Part shown: piece after piece, positions 32,409-50,860 of the stretch
How positions within the stretch are numbered: the first letter of the stretch is position 1
How the letters are laid out: each line of letters starts with the position of its first letter
NCBI RefSeq assembly: GCF_009914755.1
Contig: NC_060932.1
Strand: one strand, 5' to 3'
DNA length: 64,000 nt
Source of the DNA: the human T2T-CHM13v2.0 reference genome, Homo sapiens
Translations under genes and position numbers: made by a program
The notes under the pieces: model-generated
Seen by the model: only the letters and a program-made list of their open reading frames with translations
Told to the model about the DNA's origin: nothing
Database searches by the model: none

Positions 32409-32899
32409 TGTTACTTATTGAAAATATAAACGAATAAATCATGAAATATTTTAAAGTGATACCCTAGAGCAACATGTAAGTTACTTGGGACCAGAAATCT
32501 GTATGTTTCTTGCACTCCACCAAAGAAATAAACAAATCACATTAAAGCCATTAAACATTATGGTCCCATTCCAAAGAATGACTTTCAAGGTCAATCCTGG
32601 GGGTGAGGATGATTTAACTCACTGATCAGAATCTTGTACAATGATAATAAAACCTCTGCAAGATGGCACAGAGCTCCCGAAAGACACCAAAGATCAGAAT
32701 CCTCTACTAGTTAGGATAAGAATGGGGAACACATTTTTATCTCTAGTTTATGTCCAGAAATACACTCAAAGGCACGAAGTGACTTATTTCACATAACTGA
32801 GAGAGTTAAGTATCAGAGCCATTCAATCCATTCAGTGTAATATTTATTGAGAACGTATTGTGTACTAGGAAGTAAAGACATAGGGAAGAATCAGATGCC

Positions 32900-33755
<856 letters not shown>

Positions 33756-35479
33756 TGATGGACAACGGAGCAGCAAAAACTGTCAGATTCCCAGAAGTGC
33801 CTGTTTCAGGGCCTCTTGCTCTATTATGACTGGTTGGCACCAGGGCCTCCTGGATGGGGAGGGACAATGTCCCTCCCAAGGCCAACCCCCGTGCCAACCT
33901 CTCCTCCCCAACAGCCCCTCTGGTTTAGAATTTAAGGGTCTTCAGGACAAGCAGTTCTAAGCTGAAAGGCTGCAACTGCAATTTAAAATATCTGCCACAT
34001 GGAAGTAGGGAGTCGACTTAAGATAATCTTAAAGCTATGCAACTCTTACAAGTAGGCCTACAGAAGTCACAGTTCTGGTTATCGTGAAAAAAACAAATAT
34101 GCTGTACAGTGGCCATAGTTGGAGAATATTTTCCCTCATAAGCAGAGCCTCATGGGTTTGGCAAACTGTTATACTGGCCGAGGCAATCATTGTAAAGGAG
34201 AGTTTTTTTCATTTAGGGACCAGGACTTGGGAGTTCTTGGGGAATATCCAAGGCACCATTAAAAAATCATTGCTGAAGAAATTCTAAACATCTGTTTGAC
34301 CTGGCCCATAGCAACATGTAGACTGCAGGAATGCTGAATGGGAAAACTGAGAAGCTCATCTCTATTTCCTGGGTCACCCTTGTGTTCCCTTTGCTTTATC
34401 CACTCATCAGTTCATCCAGCCATCTATCCATTCCTTCAGGGAGTATTTATTCACTGTCTACTCTGAGCCAGTCACTGGGTTGGACACTGGGAGATGGAAT
34501 GAAGAGCAAAAGCAAACAAGGCTGCTTTACTCATGGAGCTGGTGAGGAAGACAGATGTTACTAAAAAGAAAAGACAAAATGAAATGTGAAACCACTGCAT
34601 GGTAACAGATATAAGGAGTTGAGGCATTGAGACTCAAGCTGGCAAAGCTCATAGCACACAGTTGCTGAACAGCAATAGGCTGTGGGTTTCTTATGGGCCT
34701 AGTGATGGGGCAAGGACGTCTTCAATGCGGTTTGTTTTTTTTCCTTACATTCTTATAGCATCATAGTTTATGAAATGCTTTAACACATATTGCCTCATTG
34801 GACTTTCACATCAATGCTGTAATGGCAAGATTGGAGAAAAAAAGAAGGTTGAGAATTACTGTAGCAGAAGTTAATTCAGATGAAAATATGACAGAAAGGG
34901 TACAGAAGTGAGGGCAAAAAGAGAACAAAGTGTTTTCAAGTCTCTATTCTTTATTTTTCAAAAATTAGCGGCCTTGTCTAAAAAAAATCCTAGTAATTAT
35001 AAGCTAGGAAGGCAGAAGGAATGTCACAAACTTACATTCTAGCATTTTAGCTGTGGCAGAATTTGGTTATGCTACAGTTACACTTAGTTTTGCTGAGGCA
35101 AACAGAGACAAAGGTTCCTTTTCGAACAAAGGTATCTTTAGACCCAGAAGGAAAGAAAGTCAGCTGCAAATAGTAAAGGTCTCTAAAAGCAACAGCTAAA
35201 ATTGCAGTAACAAATAACACTTTTCACATGTTTTAAGTGTGAAAAGGCCCAGTGGTCTTCATCTGGGACCTCTGGGTTACAATCATTCACTTGGATGGCT
35301 TCAAGTAAAAAGAAAGTAACATGGCAGCCTTTGGGGCTCTGTATTAAGAACTATATAAAGTGAGGAAGAGAAAGAAAAAATTTCATTTACAAAACAGGCT
35401 AAGCTTCCTGAGAATTACTGGTGTTTCTCAGAAAATATTAATCAGCTTGATGAACTCTTAGTACATTTACATGATGATC

Positions 35480-35844
35480 CTATTAGTTACAATAGGATAG
35501 ATTTATACTGTGGTATAAAATGCTCCTGAAATCTCAGTCACTTAGTACAACAAAAGTTTATGAAAATAATATGCTGTATGTCCACAAAGGGTCCTATGTG
35601 TCAGAGTGGATACATGCTCCATTAGATCACTGGAGAAGCCAGGCTAAAGGGAAGCTCTGTCATTTTGTACTTGCACTTCCAGGAACACACATACTTATCA
35701 TTGTCTCAGCCCAGAAGTGCACACATCACTTCCAGTCATATTTCATTAGCCAAAATTAGCCACAAGACCCAACATAATTGTGGGAAGGCCTGGAAATGCA
35801 GGGGAACAAAGGGACTATTTGGTGAGCACTACTCTCTCTGCCAC
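35480..35844 (-). mobile_element. Old MLT1-type LTR
   Basis: catcacttccagtcatatttcattagccaaaattagccaca and atttggtgagcacta...tctgccaca. Confidence 0.5.
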
Positions 35845-36897
35845 AAGAACCTCTTTCCAGAATTCCACAAAACTGATCACAGGAGGTAAACTATCTTTGC
35901 CACAATTCCCCAAACCATAGTCAGGGCACAGAGTTTCCTTTAAAATCTTATTTTGAGTCTTTAGAAGAGATGAGAATTAGCATTTCTTGAGCTTCTACCA
36001 TGTAGCCAACACTTTGTGCAATGGATACTGTGAACTTACTCAACCTCATTGCATCTTCTTTGTGATGTACCTTGCTGTACTACAGAGGATAGAATGCTTA
36101 AAGATATATCCACCTTCCCAGATTCCCTTGCAGTAAATCTTTCACTGAATCTGACTGTGATAACACTTGCTAAATATTGTTATATACATAAGTTCTTTTA
36201 ACAACTTTCTGAGAACTCTTGATTGTTGAAATAAGTAAGCTTGTGACTATGGGTAGTTTAAGTTTGACCTTAAATAACTACAAGCATAAATTTGTTTGAA
36301 GTCTCATGTTGTACTTTGTCATAAAATGAACTCTACAATAAATTCTATCCTTCCAAAATTCAGAGTAAAATTCATGTTCCTAGAAGGTATACCTTTTCAT
36401 TCAGTGCTTTATATATTCCCTGGTAAAACTCATCTTATTCAAGAAGTTATGCACTTGAGAGGCATGTAAACTGGCAATTCTGAAAAGTAGATCTTATTAT
36501 GCCCATTTTACATATGGAATAACTGGGGCATAGAGAGGTAAAGTATTCGAGATCACAAAGAGACAGGATTCAAACCTAGGTCCATCTGATTACAAAGCCA
36601 CATGCTCTTTCCACTACAACTTGCAGACTGCTATGAGAGCAGCAATTCATTAGTTCTCAGCTGCTATGAGCATTGGTTTTTAATGAAGTTTTCATTAGTT
36701 CATTTAGCTAAATGCTGGTATATAGCAGTTAGTTTTCTCTTCCACAGCTGAAAAAAGCTCAAAATGGTGTACTTCTCACCCTATGAAGGATTCCAAAAGA
36801 AAAGGTGGACAGAGCACAACAGAAATAGCTGGATAACTAGGAAAAAAATGACCAAGGTACATGTTCTAAATTGCTGGTGGCACAATTAAAACTAAAC

Positions 36898-37204
36898 AGC
36901 TGGGCATGGTGGCTCACATCTGTAATATCAGCATTTTGGGAGGCTGAGGTAGGAGAATTGCCTGAGGCCAGGAGTTCAAGAGCAGCCTGGGCAACATAGT
37001 GAGACCCTGTCTCTACTACAAATAATTTCAAAAATTAGCTGGGCACGGTGGGTTTTGTGCACCTGCAGTCCCAGCTACTCAGGAGGCTGAAGTGGGAGAA
37101 TCGCTGGAGCCCAGGAGGTCAAGGTTGCAGTGAGCTATGATCATGCCACTGCACTCCAGTCTGGGTGACAGAGTGAGACCCTATCTCAAAAAAAAAAAAA
37201 AAAA
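36898..37204 (+). mobile_element. AluJ-type SINE
   Basis: gagcccaggaggtcaaggttgcagtgagctatgat diagnostics and poly(A). Confidence 0.92.
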
Positions 37205-38899
37205 CTTTATACACAGAGATAATAATAGATTTGTAAAGGCTGGAAACCTGATGCATATGGAAGTCAACAGAACCTTGGGATTGCTCTGGTATCCACAGAA
37301 ATATTTTGGTCCAAATTTCCACTCTGGCTCATGCACCTTGTTTTATTTGTCACTCTCCTTTTCTACATATCTGACAGCAGGCCAGAGAACTGTGCCATAT
37401 AAATTTATTGGAATATTTCTATAAAGCCATATATGGCCTTGGAAAGCTTCTACACTTTCTTAGTGATTCAAGGCCTGTCTCTGTGTTTTCTGGAGAAATT
37501 AATCTAAGGATGCTATTTGCAAACTGACCTAGTTCTTCAAACTGTCAGCTACTACAGATGCAGGATTAGACAGAAGTATATAAAATCATGATGTGGTTTT
37601 CGTTTACCCAAACGGCTGTTTTATACTTTTCAACTGAAAATACGACTTTCCCAGGACTTAATAAAACCCTCTAAAAAATTCTTAACACATCTTCATGATA
37701 CTGAAAGAATCCTTTGATAATCTTAGTAGGGCTGGATTTTTTTTTTAAGTGGGAAATTGGAGGATTTTACATTTGCTAAGTGTCTAGTATGTCCCAGGCA
37801 TTAGGCAGATGTCAACTTATTTAATTCTAAAAATAGTATATTCATAGAGATACTATCATCCTCATTTCATATATTCAAAAAATTCAAAGAAGTTAAGTAA
37901 ATTGCCAAAAGTCACCCAGATAATAAGTAGAAAAGATGGTAATGAAATCCAGGTTGGCCTGGTCTGAAAGTCAATTATCTTTTCAAGGCTGCACAACGGA
38001 TTTGGTAAAAAATATTGATGGAGTGCTTGAGAAAATAGCTCCAAGAATTCTAACTTCTGGATCTAGGGTTTGGTTTCCAGGTAACATGAAGAAACATTTT
38101 CCGATTGTCTGAATGTTTAATAATACAGGCAGTGAAAAGAAATTGCACTGCTTGGCCTTTATTGTGTGTTTCATAACAGAGATCTGGGAGAGGGTTTTAT
38201 TCTAGGGTGAAAAAAACACCACATTATAAGTGAAAGTGTGCGCATAAAGGGTAAGTGATTTGGCATTTTAAATGAAAGTAAATTAATGTTAAAAAACATT
38301 TTTGCAGCCTAGAGTTTTGACTTCCACTGAGAACAGTTACTGCTCAAATGTGCCCCCTTCCTCTCCTTATATCCCGTCTGTCTCTCTGCTGCCTTTTTAT
38401 GGATATGTCACTATTAAAACCAGCTTGGCATTGTGACAACATTCTTACTGGTGCCTTCTCTAGTCTCCAGTTTTGTCATAATGGAAGAATATGGTCCCTG
38501 TAGACCTTGGCCACTTTCTGAGAAGAGTAAAAAACGAATGTCCAACCCTATTTCAGAGCTAAGCTGCCCTGTTCTCTCCCTGATACATGGCTCTTTTGCA
38601 ACTTCCAGCTTGACCAAAACCAACTCTGTCTTCCTCTGAGCCTCTCAATTGTCACTTCCCTATCCAGCTCATATCACAGTGGCTAAAAGAAATCTTTATC
38701 AAAACTCTTTTATTAAACAACTTTTATTAAACAGGAAGCTATAAATACTGATTTGGGGCTGCCCAAGACATTTTTCTCCAACAGGGTCAGGAAATGAAGT
38801 ATGTGGATTAACCACATTTTCTTATAACTAGTTATCACTTGTATTATACATATCAGACCTATTTTCAAAGAGGCAGAATGTAAATACAATTTTGTGACT

Positions 38900-39335
38900 T
38901 TTTTTTTTTGCCTCCAGATTCATTATTTGCCACTCTTTGCCTTGCTCTGTGCTCCAAGAGGTCAACCTCTATGGGCTAAATGGCATCACTCAGGCTCCTC
39001 CCTCACCTCTGGCTTCCAATTATGCATGGCCAACCAGAAGCCCCAAAGGGGATTCCATGGCGGAAGAAAAAGGTTGGGGTACTGACCTACCTCCAACCCC
39101 AGCTGGGCCACTGTTCCCCTCCCAGGGCTATAGTCCTCTCCAGGTGGTAGTAACTTGCTCTTTTTGCTCCTCAGACCCAAGGGTGGGTAAGAGCTTCCCA
39201 CTGGGTGCTAGGTCCTGGGTGCTTCCCCACCACTTGTTGGTTCCCGAGACAGCCCCTTCCTCTGTCTATAGTTCCTGCATTATGCTCTTTAGCTGACATT
39301 TCAGGGATGACACCTGTCTCCTGACTGATACCACT
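38900..39335 (+). mobile_element. LTR33-like ERVL LTR
   Basis: ccttgctctgtgctcc...ctctggcttcc...tggccaa motif. Confidence 0.5.
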
Positions 39336-42300
39336 CATTTATCCTTCTGTGTTTAGTGAGTGATTTCTATATACCATTCTAAAAATTGGCAAATACAAAA
39401 GAAAAACCATACATGCTGCTGTCCTTAACAAGCTTGGAAATCCAGTAAGGAACACAAAACTCTCAAAATGCAGTCGTACGCTAAGTCTCAATTTAGGCAA
39501 TATCTCCAAAAGCCTAAACCTTTCCTCCACCTACCTCTGCCCTCCATCAAGACATACCTGACCTGAGTCCCATTGACTCAGGACCAGTGCAGTAAGCTAA
39601 CTAATAGTGGCCAAGTGTGTGGCCGACTATGGCTCTGAGCAAAATTAATTCCGGAATACTTCTTTTTCCTCATCCCTCCAAGCCCATTTCATCACCAACT
39701 CCTGCCAATTCTATCTGTTTAAGTCTTTCAAATGTATCTAACTATTCTTCAGAATCACTGCCCTAACCTTATAAAAGAAGCCAGGATTAGTTCTCACCTA
39801 AATTTCTGCAACAGCATCCTAGCTAGTCTCCCAGCCTCTAGTCTTGCCTCCTATTGATCTATGCAGCCAGAGAGATCTTTGCTACATCACTCCATGGCTT
39901 CAGACCCCTCCTAGAAAAAAGTTCAAGTTATAAAGTGGCTTAGCTCTCATCATGATGACTTCTCCAGACTCATCTCTTGAGATATTTTTTTTTTTTGCTT
40001 TCTTTTGAATTTTAATGTTTGTGGGTACACAGTAGGTATAGACACATTCTTCTTATGAATTGCTCCAAACAAACTAAACCTCCCTTTCTTCAAGGAACTA
40101 TAGAACTATATTTTTTCTTGCCTTAGTGTCTGTACTTACACTAGTTCCTTTGCTGAGAATACCCTCCCTGTCTTCCTATCTCAACCTTTGACCTGGCTAA
40201 CACTTACTTTATTATTCAAGTCTAAGCATAGACATCACTCCCTGTTGACAACACCCAGCCTGCTTTAAAAACAGAACTTTGGATGCAGTGTCCTTCCTGC
40301 GAGGAAGACTCCATAGCATCCTGTACTTTCCTCATTGTCTTTCTATGATATTGTTTGCTTAATTACCAACTTACTTGTAGATATTCCCTACCTAATGGGA
40401 AGCTATGTCAGGGCAAGGACTCTGTCATTGATTGATGCAGCCTCAACATCCAGCAAAGAACCAAGACGACTGAAACTATCTATTGAAAAGTTGAAATTTA
40501 AGAAAGGGAGCAATATCTCAATTGCTAGTTCAACACACTAGCAATGTCAAAATTCCTGTTACAGTATTGTTTAGGATCAAAGGGAGTATCAGCCAATAGA
40601 TACACACCTTATATGTCCACACAGGTCTTGTTTTAAGTGTATCTGCAGTGCTGTGTCCCAAACTCATTCTCCACTAAGGAAATCCAAATTTCACATGTGT
40701 CAAAAGAAGAAAGAGCAGGGGTGTCTTTGTGATGCCCCCATTTCCACTGTAGAATCTCCAGGCTAGGTGATGCCTGCTTGAATAGAGGATGCCTGCATGA
40801 TAGCATTGGAGTTATTTTCAGAGGCATCATTATCTCTGCTTGAAAATCCTTGGGCAGCTTTTTGCAAACAAAATAGAGTTCAATTAATGTATCAAGAACA
40901 AAGGATCAAGACCTATATAGTGAGTCAAGATTAGCAAAAATCCTTCAGCACCCAGATGGTCAAGTTTAACCTCTCAGAGTGCACTTTGGAAACTAAAATT
41001 TTCCAGGAATGGTGCTGACAGGTACGGACATGGGCTAAAATGAACTCATAAAGAGCTGTGTATTGATGAAGTCATAGAACCATGCTTGGTGAACCCTCTC
41101 CTCAACTCTTTCTTAAGGTAAACTGGAGGTACTTAAATTCATTTTTTAACTAGCTTACCACTGCCAGTGAAACCTCATTAATTCATTCACACTGATTAAA
41201 AATGTATGATAATTAGGATGAATGCTGAAGTTTATCTAGGAAGAAAACAAATTTTCTTAAAAATAACAAGACTAGAAAAATATTTTTTAAGCTCATTAAA
41301 ATGAATCTTTTGTGTACTCTGTTATATACCAATATGCAAATTATGCAAGGATTCTCTTCGGGAAAAACGGTGGTTTGGCTATTCATGTTGATCTCCTGCC
41401 TTTTGTAAGATCCAGTAAAAAGACAGTAAAGGAGGTCTAAACTCACAGGAGAACAAGACAGGCACGACATGTTTGGAGGACAGACAGCGATGGAGCTGGG
41501 TTACTGACTCTGCAGAGTGGAGGAAGAGTATAAAATGCTATAACCTAAAGGGCCACAAAGAGAATTCCATCCAGATGTGAGTCCCTTGGCTCTGCACAAC
41601 CTGCATGGGCTCAGAACCTCCAGAGACAGGGTAGGGGGTGATATGGCCCTGAAAAGAGGGCCCTAAATGAAGTCTGTATGCTGAGTGTTGGGACTCTCAG
41701 AACAGTGGAAAGTGGGTATTCTCCCACTATCTACCCCCAATCCACACTCAAAAAGACAGAATGATTCTCCCATAAGTAACTGCACAGACCCAGGTAAAGC
41801 TTCTAAACACTGATATTTGCAGAATTGGGAAGGATCTCTTGGTAAGGCTTGGTTCACCAAGCAATAACTCTATGTGAATTCTCACCAGTTGACATCCCCC
41901 TCCCCACTCCCCACATAGGTTCCAACATGTTTTACTCAGTGCAAGAAATGAACAGATAGCAATGGATCACCAGACATTTGAGAAAACCTCCAGTAAAGAA
42001 GATGAAGATAAAAACAAACAAACAAACAAACAGAAAACAGTAAATGGAGGAAAAAAGAACACAAAGAAAAGTAAAAAGAGAGAATATTCTCCAAGAATTA
42101 ACGGAAAATATGACATCCAAAAAAGAACAAAATTCTATAAAAAAATTCAGAAAACAAAAAGCTAAAATATGACAGGTAAAAGGTGAACAAAATATATTCA
42201 CGAGAAGGATTAAAAAATAAAGTAAAAAAAAAGGTAATGTAAGCAATAGAGAAAAAAACCTTACAACATCAATCTAGAAGCCTCAACATCCTTCTAACAA

Positions 42301-42814
42301 GACATGTGAAGAGAGATAACAAAAAAAGAGAGGAAGACATTATAAGATTAATAAATTCCCATTGCTTTAAAAAATAAATCTTTTAGATCTATTTGAGTTT
42401 TAAATTATCTGTCTTATCATTTTGATAACATTTAAAATTTCACTTAAAATAATTTTAAAAAGGGACTGTATGAGATCTATTTTGTTAGGTCTGTTATGAG
42501 TGCCACCAGGCAGTACTTCTTTACTTAGTCTCATTCACTATATATGCTTAAAAATAATACAACCATTTAGTACTTGTTTCCTATTTCAAATTTCTGACTA
42601 ATTCAACCCAACCTCTCTGAACTTCTCCTTCCCAACCACCATTAAAACGATTGCTGAAATGTCAGTATGTATTCTACTTCCTAAATTTCTCAAATGCAGA
42701 GTGCCCACACTGTTGAATCTAAGGCTAACATCACCTCTTTTTGTATGTATACCCTTTCTACCATAACAAAGTATTTCACATGGGTTGCCTAAGTGAGAAG
42801 CAAATACTGACATG

Positions 42815-42888
42815 TATGTAGGTGGGTGGGTACGTAGGTAGATAGACGATAGATAGATAGATAGACAAATAGGTAGATACATAGATAG
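42815..42888. repeat. Imperfect (GATA/GGTA)n microsatellite
   Basis: gtaggtagatagacgatagatagatagatagac. Confidence 0.85.
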
Positions 42889-42959
42889 CTGAAAAAGCAT
42901 GACCAAAATGGTGGTTCTGGTGGTAGAGGGCAGTCCATAATTTCAAATGAAGGAGGTAA

Positions 42960-43302
<343 letters not shown>

Positions 43303-44074
43303 TGTTTTTAGTTTTAAATTGAATGGTAAATGTTTAACTTCTTATGTTAAATTACACTTGAAAAAATAGAATATTGACTTTTGTTGATGATATACACAGC
43401 CGATTACAAGCAATTCCACTGCTGTGTTTCAGGAGGTTTCCAGTTCCAGCAAAACAATGATCTACATAAATTCAGGAATGCTTCTGCCACTGACACCTGG
43501 GTTTTCTAGATAAAGTATAATAAGAAAAATGTGCTTGTTTGTGTAATGCTGATCTTACAAGAAAGAAAAGGAAACTCCCAGGTGTCAAAAAAAGGGGGTG
43601 GGGGCGGCATTACAAATCAGAATGGTGAGTATTTAAGCTAATCATAAAGCATCCCTGGGAAAGTGGGTAGGGTGGTGTGGTGACTGCAGTGGGTCAGGTA
43701 GTGGTGGGTGAGTTGAGGACTTGGAATTTGACAAATAAAAGATAGTTAAGGTATTGAGAACCCATGAGTTGGGAAAATGGAACTGAGGTCCCTACAAAAA
43801 GCCAGAAATCTCAAAGGGCTTAAAAATGTCTGTGAAAGAATGTCTTACAAAATAATCTCTGCTTGACAGCTTGACCTTCCAGTTCTCTCTCCTGGACTCT
43901 GAGTACAGAGAGAAAAAAAAGTCCCCTTTTCTTGCACCCAGCAATGAGGATATTTTGACTGAAAGCTACATTTACCCCATAGTTATCCTGCCACCAATTA
44001 GAGGATGCCAACATTAAGTCATCTAATCATAATAATCAAACATGATTATATTATTGGCCACATTTTATAGATAA

Positions 44075-46748
<2,674 letters not shown>

Positions 46749-49700
46749 AAGAAGGAACCTGAAAATCAGAGAGATTGGATAATTTACTTAAAGTTAAAGG
46801 GAATAAGTAACAGACTTGGGATTTAAACCCATATTTTCCAGAATAACTGCAACTCTAGAGTTTTATTCACTGATACAAGCATGCAGTTAATCTGGACCTG
46901 TTTTTACATATGTAAAACATGCCCACTTATTACAGCACCATATACATATACTTTATATATATTTTTTTCTGTTTCCAAAATTTAATGACAATCATGAATT
47001 CTGGCAATAGTTTCCATTATGAAGCCACCATGACGTGCCCAACAAAGAATGAAGAAACTACATTCAGAAAATACATATTTTGTGGGCTTCTTAAAAAGAG
47101 ATGTACTTTTCACAAACAAAGACTTACAGAGGAGAAAAGACAGGAAAAAGTACCTCATAAATCTTCATTCTCGATGCACTAAAGGAGGAAATGTTTCAAT
47201 AGTATTCAAAGTTTAATAAATTTGAGAGTTCTATATAAAACATGAGGGGGCAATAATGTACCCCCAAACACTGGGAAAAAGAGGAGAAAGGCTGAACTGG
47301 TAAAATGATTCCTCCCTTGTTTGTAGCCACCAAAGACCATCTGTCTATGAATGTGTAACTAAAGTATTTGGAAACATCTAAAACTCAAAACAGGGTACTA
47401 TGAGAACAACTTCAAGGAGCCTAGAATGAAAAGTGATTAAATTTGATAAGCAAAACCCAAATCCACTGTTTCGTACTCACAGGAAGAAAGAACCATGTTA
47501 ACTGAAGAGGATAAATTAGCCATCAAAGGGCAGGGAAGGGCCACATGGGAAACCTCAGGCTATTTATGTACAGCTCAAAGGAGTGGGAGTGTTGGCAAAG
47601 CAGAAATTTACATAAGGGTTACCTCGGCAAGGCTCTCCCCATCCTGGAAAGGAGGGTTTTCAGCTTACTTGCCTAAAACATATTTCCTAAGGTCTATTAG
47701 CACACCTTCTATTGATTCCACACTCACCAAATCACTTTCATGACAATTTAATTTCTTGTGTAGCTTATCTACTCAGAAAGAGTGCATCACTATTCTTTGA
47801 AAGTCCACATTGTTTTGGGTTATTAATACTTAGTGTTCTGGCATTCTGCTCATATTCACATTTGTCTTCCAATACAGCCTGCTCACAATGAGAGGGTATA
47901 TAAATCCTCCCACGTGGGCATTTCCATCTACTTGACAACTGTGTTGCTCATCATAAACAAATTTTGCCTATTTGGTTAATGTGAGTCAACCCCTTAGAGA
48001 TGGATCTGCTAACACTATGCCCACTAAATCAAGTTTCTGATCTTCTGTGGCTGAAACTCAAGCACTGGATTGTGGTGACATCACTAAGGGTACCTTGTAG
48101 CAACATATCCAGGCATCTTACAGGACTTAACAGATGGCACCTCTCTGAATCACAGTGCAGCCTAGCACAGGTTTTCCATTAGAAACCAAGACAGCACTTT
48201 CTGTGAATGTTTCATTTGTGCACCATTAATAGAGATGTACACTGTTTCCCAAGAAAGATGATGTAAATCTTTCCATAATTTAACCATGAAAATCTACAGT
48301 GGACTCTGTTACGTAGCAGTACAGGGTCATGACTTAAAGCCTCATAAACTACCCATTGTAGCACAGCTGCTCACGATCCAGTGACACACTTGGTTAATGG
48401 ATTGTCCTGGTTTCTTTAAGCTTCCTATGTCTGTCAGAAGAGAACTATGCTTTTATTTATTCCCTTATTCCCAAGACTATTTAGTGGAATATTTTTTCAA
48501 AAGACATTTTTAGAGAAGAATATGAAAAGCGAGCAGATAAATATACTATTTATCATTTATGAACGAAAATAGTTTTGAATGCCAAAGTTCTAGATATCTG
48601 GGGTAATAAAATAAAAATATGGAGTGTCTCAGAGCTCAAAAACCTTATGACTTAGGAACTGAGTAGGCATGTAAGAAAAAAATCACAAGTTATTATGAAG
48701 CATGCTATAATGAATTATTTGACACAGAAGGTATAACAAGACATTGATATCTGAGAAGACTGTTTACCCTGAGGCTTAAAGGGCAAGTAGGAAGTTGTCA
48801 GGAAGGCAATTGTAGGAAGTATACAAATTATTTAAGGGATGCTGGAACAGAAACGATGAGGTAAAGAGGAGCTGGACAATTACGGACTATTTAAAGCCTA
48901 AAGGGGTTTTTATGTAATACTGAGGAGTTTAGATATGAGTGCAGGTGACAGGGAGCCATTTTGACAGAAGGAGTAAATTTCAGATTCCCTTGGCTAGCTA
49001 GGTGTAGAGTAGACGGTGGGAAATGGGGAAAGAGCAAACCAGCAACAAAACACCCTGTAAGAAACATACCCAAATACTCTCAGGGACTAAGGATGTGGGC
49101 CTGGCTCAGGGCAGTGGCTGTGAAGGCAAAGAGCTGAATATGAAAAACAAGAGATATTTAAGAGGTAGAATAATAAAAATATATTGTAATTACTGACAGC
49201 CACTAGCATTGACATATTCTTGTGGATTCAATGCCTGCTGGGTGACCTTTTTCACAGAAAGAGCAGCAATCCTGCCTGCTGTTCTATGGCTGTTGTATTT
49301 GAGAAATTGAACATTAGAGTTTTTAATGCAGACTACAGGCACCTGTGTGTCACCAACTGAGGGGATTAGCCCCAAGATGCTGTGGCATTTGTCATTGGTT
49401 CTCAGGTTTTAGCTCCCAGGACACCATTAACTCCTGGCCAAGGTGCTTATAGTTCAGGCGAGCTGCTCTGCTAGGTGCTGAAGTTAGAGGCAGTGTGTGT
49501 GATGATTCAGAAATTGGGCTTGGGGTCAGCTAGGCTTGGGTTTGAATCCGAGATCTACCGTTTGCTTCAACTCTCATTTCTCAGCTAAGCATCACTGTCT
49601 ATAAAGTAGAGAGGAGTTCCCGCTACCTATGATGGTTATTTGAATTAAATGAGATTCTTGCTTAAATTCACATATAAGGGGTAGAACTAAGATTCCACTG

Positions 49701-49759
49701 TGGGTCTAGCTGACTGCACACTCCACACTCTCTCTTTATCATTCCTTCTCTTCATATTT

Positions 49760-50860
49760 AATGGATGCATTATTTTCATTATTATTTATTTTTGAAGAAA
49801 TGCAACAATGTCAGTTTATAGTTCCCTTTTGACCCAAGAGTTATTTTACAGAGAGCTTTAAAAAACCCATGAAAAAAAGGCTTTGTGTGGTTTGGTTTTG
49901 TTATTGATTTTCTAGTTTTATTCCACTGTCATCAGAGGCTGTTGTTTGTATTATTTGTACCTAATGGAACTTATTGCATTTTCTTTGTGACCTGATCTGT
50001 GGTTAATTTTGTCAGTGTTCTTTGTGGACTTGAAAAGTAAGTGTATTCTCTATTATCAGAGTAAAGAGTTCGCAATGTATTCAGATCTACTTTATTTATT
50101 TTGTTGTTTGGGTCTTCCATATAATTATAGTAAGTCGACCCTTACTTATGGTTCCACTTTCCATGGTTTCAGTTATCTGAGGTCAACTGCAGCCCAAAAT
50201 AAGTACAATAAAATATTTTGAGAGACAGAGAGACCATATTCATATAACTTTTATTACAGTATATTGTTATAATTGTTCCATTTTATTAGTATTGTTGTTA
50301 ATCTCTTACTGTGCCTACTTTATAAATTAAACTTTATCATAGTATGTATGTATAGGAAAAACACAGTTATAGAGGAGTCAGTACTATCCATGGTTTCAGG
50401 CATCTATTGGGGGTCCTGTTACATTCCTTCTATGAATAAGGGGGGATTACTGTATTTATCTGTGTCCTCTACTTGCCCTTACTTGGATGGAAAGTGGTAT
50501 ATGTTGAAATATCTAATATGAATATGTTTCTGTCTATTTCTTCTTGCATCTTCTGCAGTTTCCGCTATAAAAGTTGCTGTTTTGTTATGTGGTATGTATT
50601 CATAACTACTGGATGTTGCTTGTGAACTCTTGCCTTCAACATAAATCAGTCCTTCCTTGTGCTACTTTATGGACATTTTACCTTGGACATTTTTCAGCCT
50701 GCATTTTACCTTGTCTTATATCAAGATCAAAATCAATGCTTTCTGTTGTTATTTAATAGTTTGCATTTACCTTGTAAGCTTTTGCCCATCCTTGTATCTT
50801 TCACCTTTTAAAATCACTCTGTTAGATGTGTCTCTTGCATTCAGCATAGAGTTGGGTTTT
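49760..50860 (-). mobile_element. Very old L1M fragment split by a MITE
   Basis: ttattgattttctagttttattccactgtcatcagag resembles the ORF2 endonuclease SDH region (compare 7940-7975). Confidence 0.55.
50128..50452 (-). mobile_element. MER44A-like Tigger-family MITE
   Basis: Ends gaataagggggg attactgTA; gttaatctcttactgtgccta...taaattaaactttatcat core. Confidence 0.7.

Noticed and set aside
39562-39582. Hairpin cctgagtc-ccatt-gactcagg with an AP-1-like site
   Set aside because: 8-bp arms are expected by chance in 64 kb.
41932-42246. Hydrophobic 104-aa and Lys-rich 67-aa ORFs
   Set aside because: Composition artefacts of an A-rich decayed L1-like fragment.
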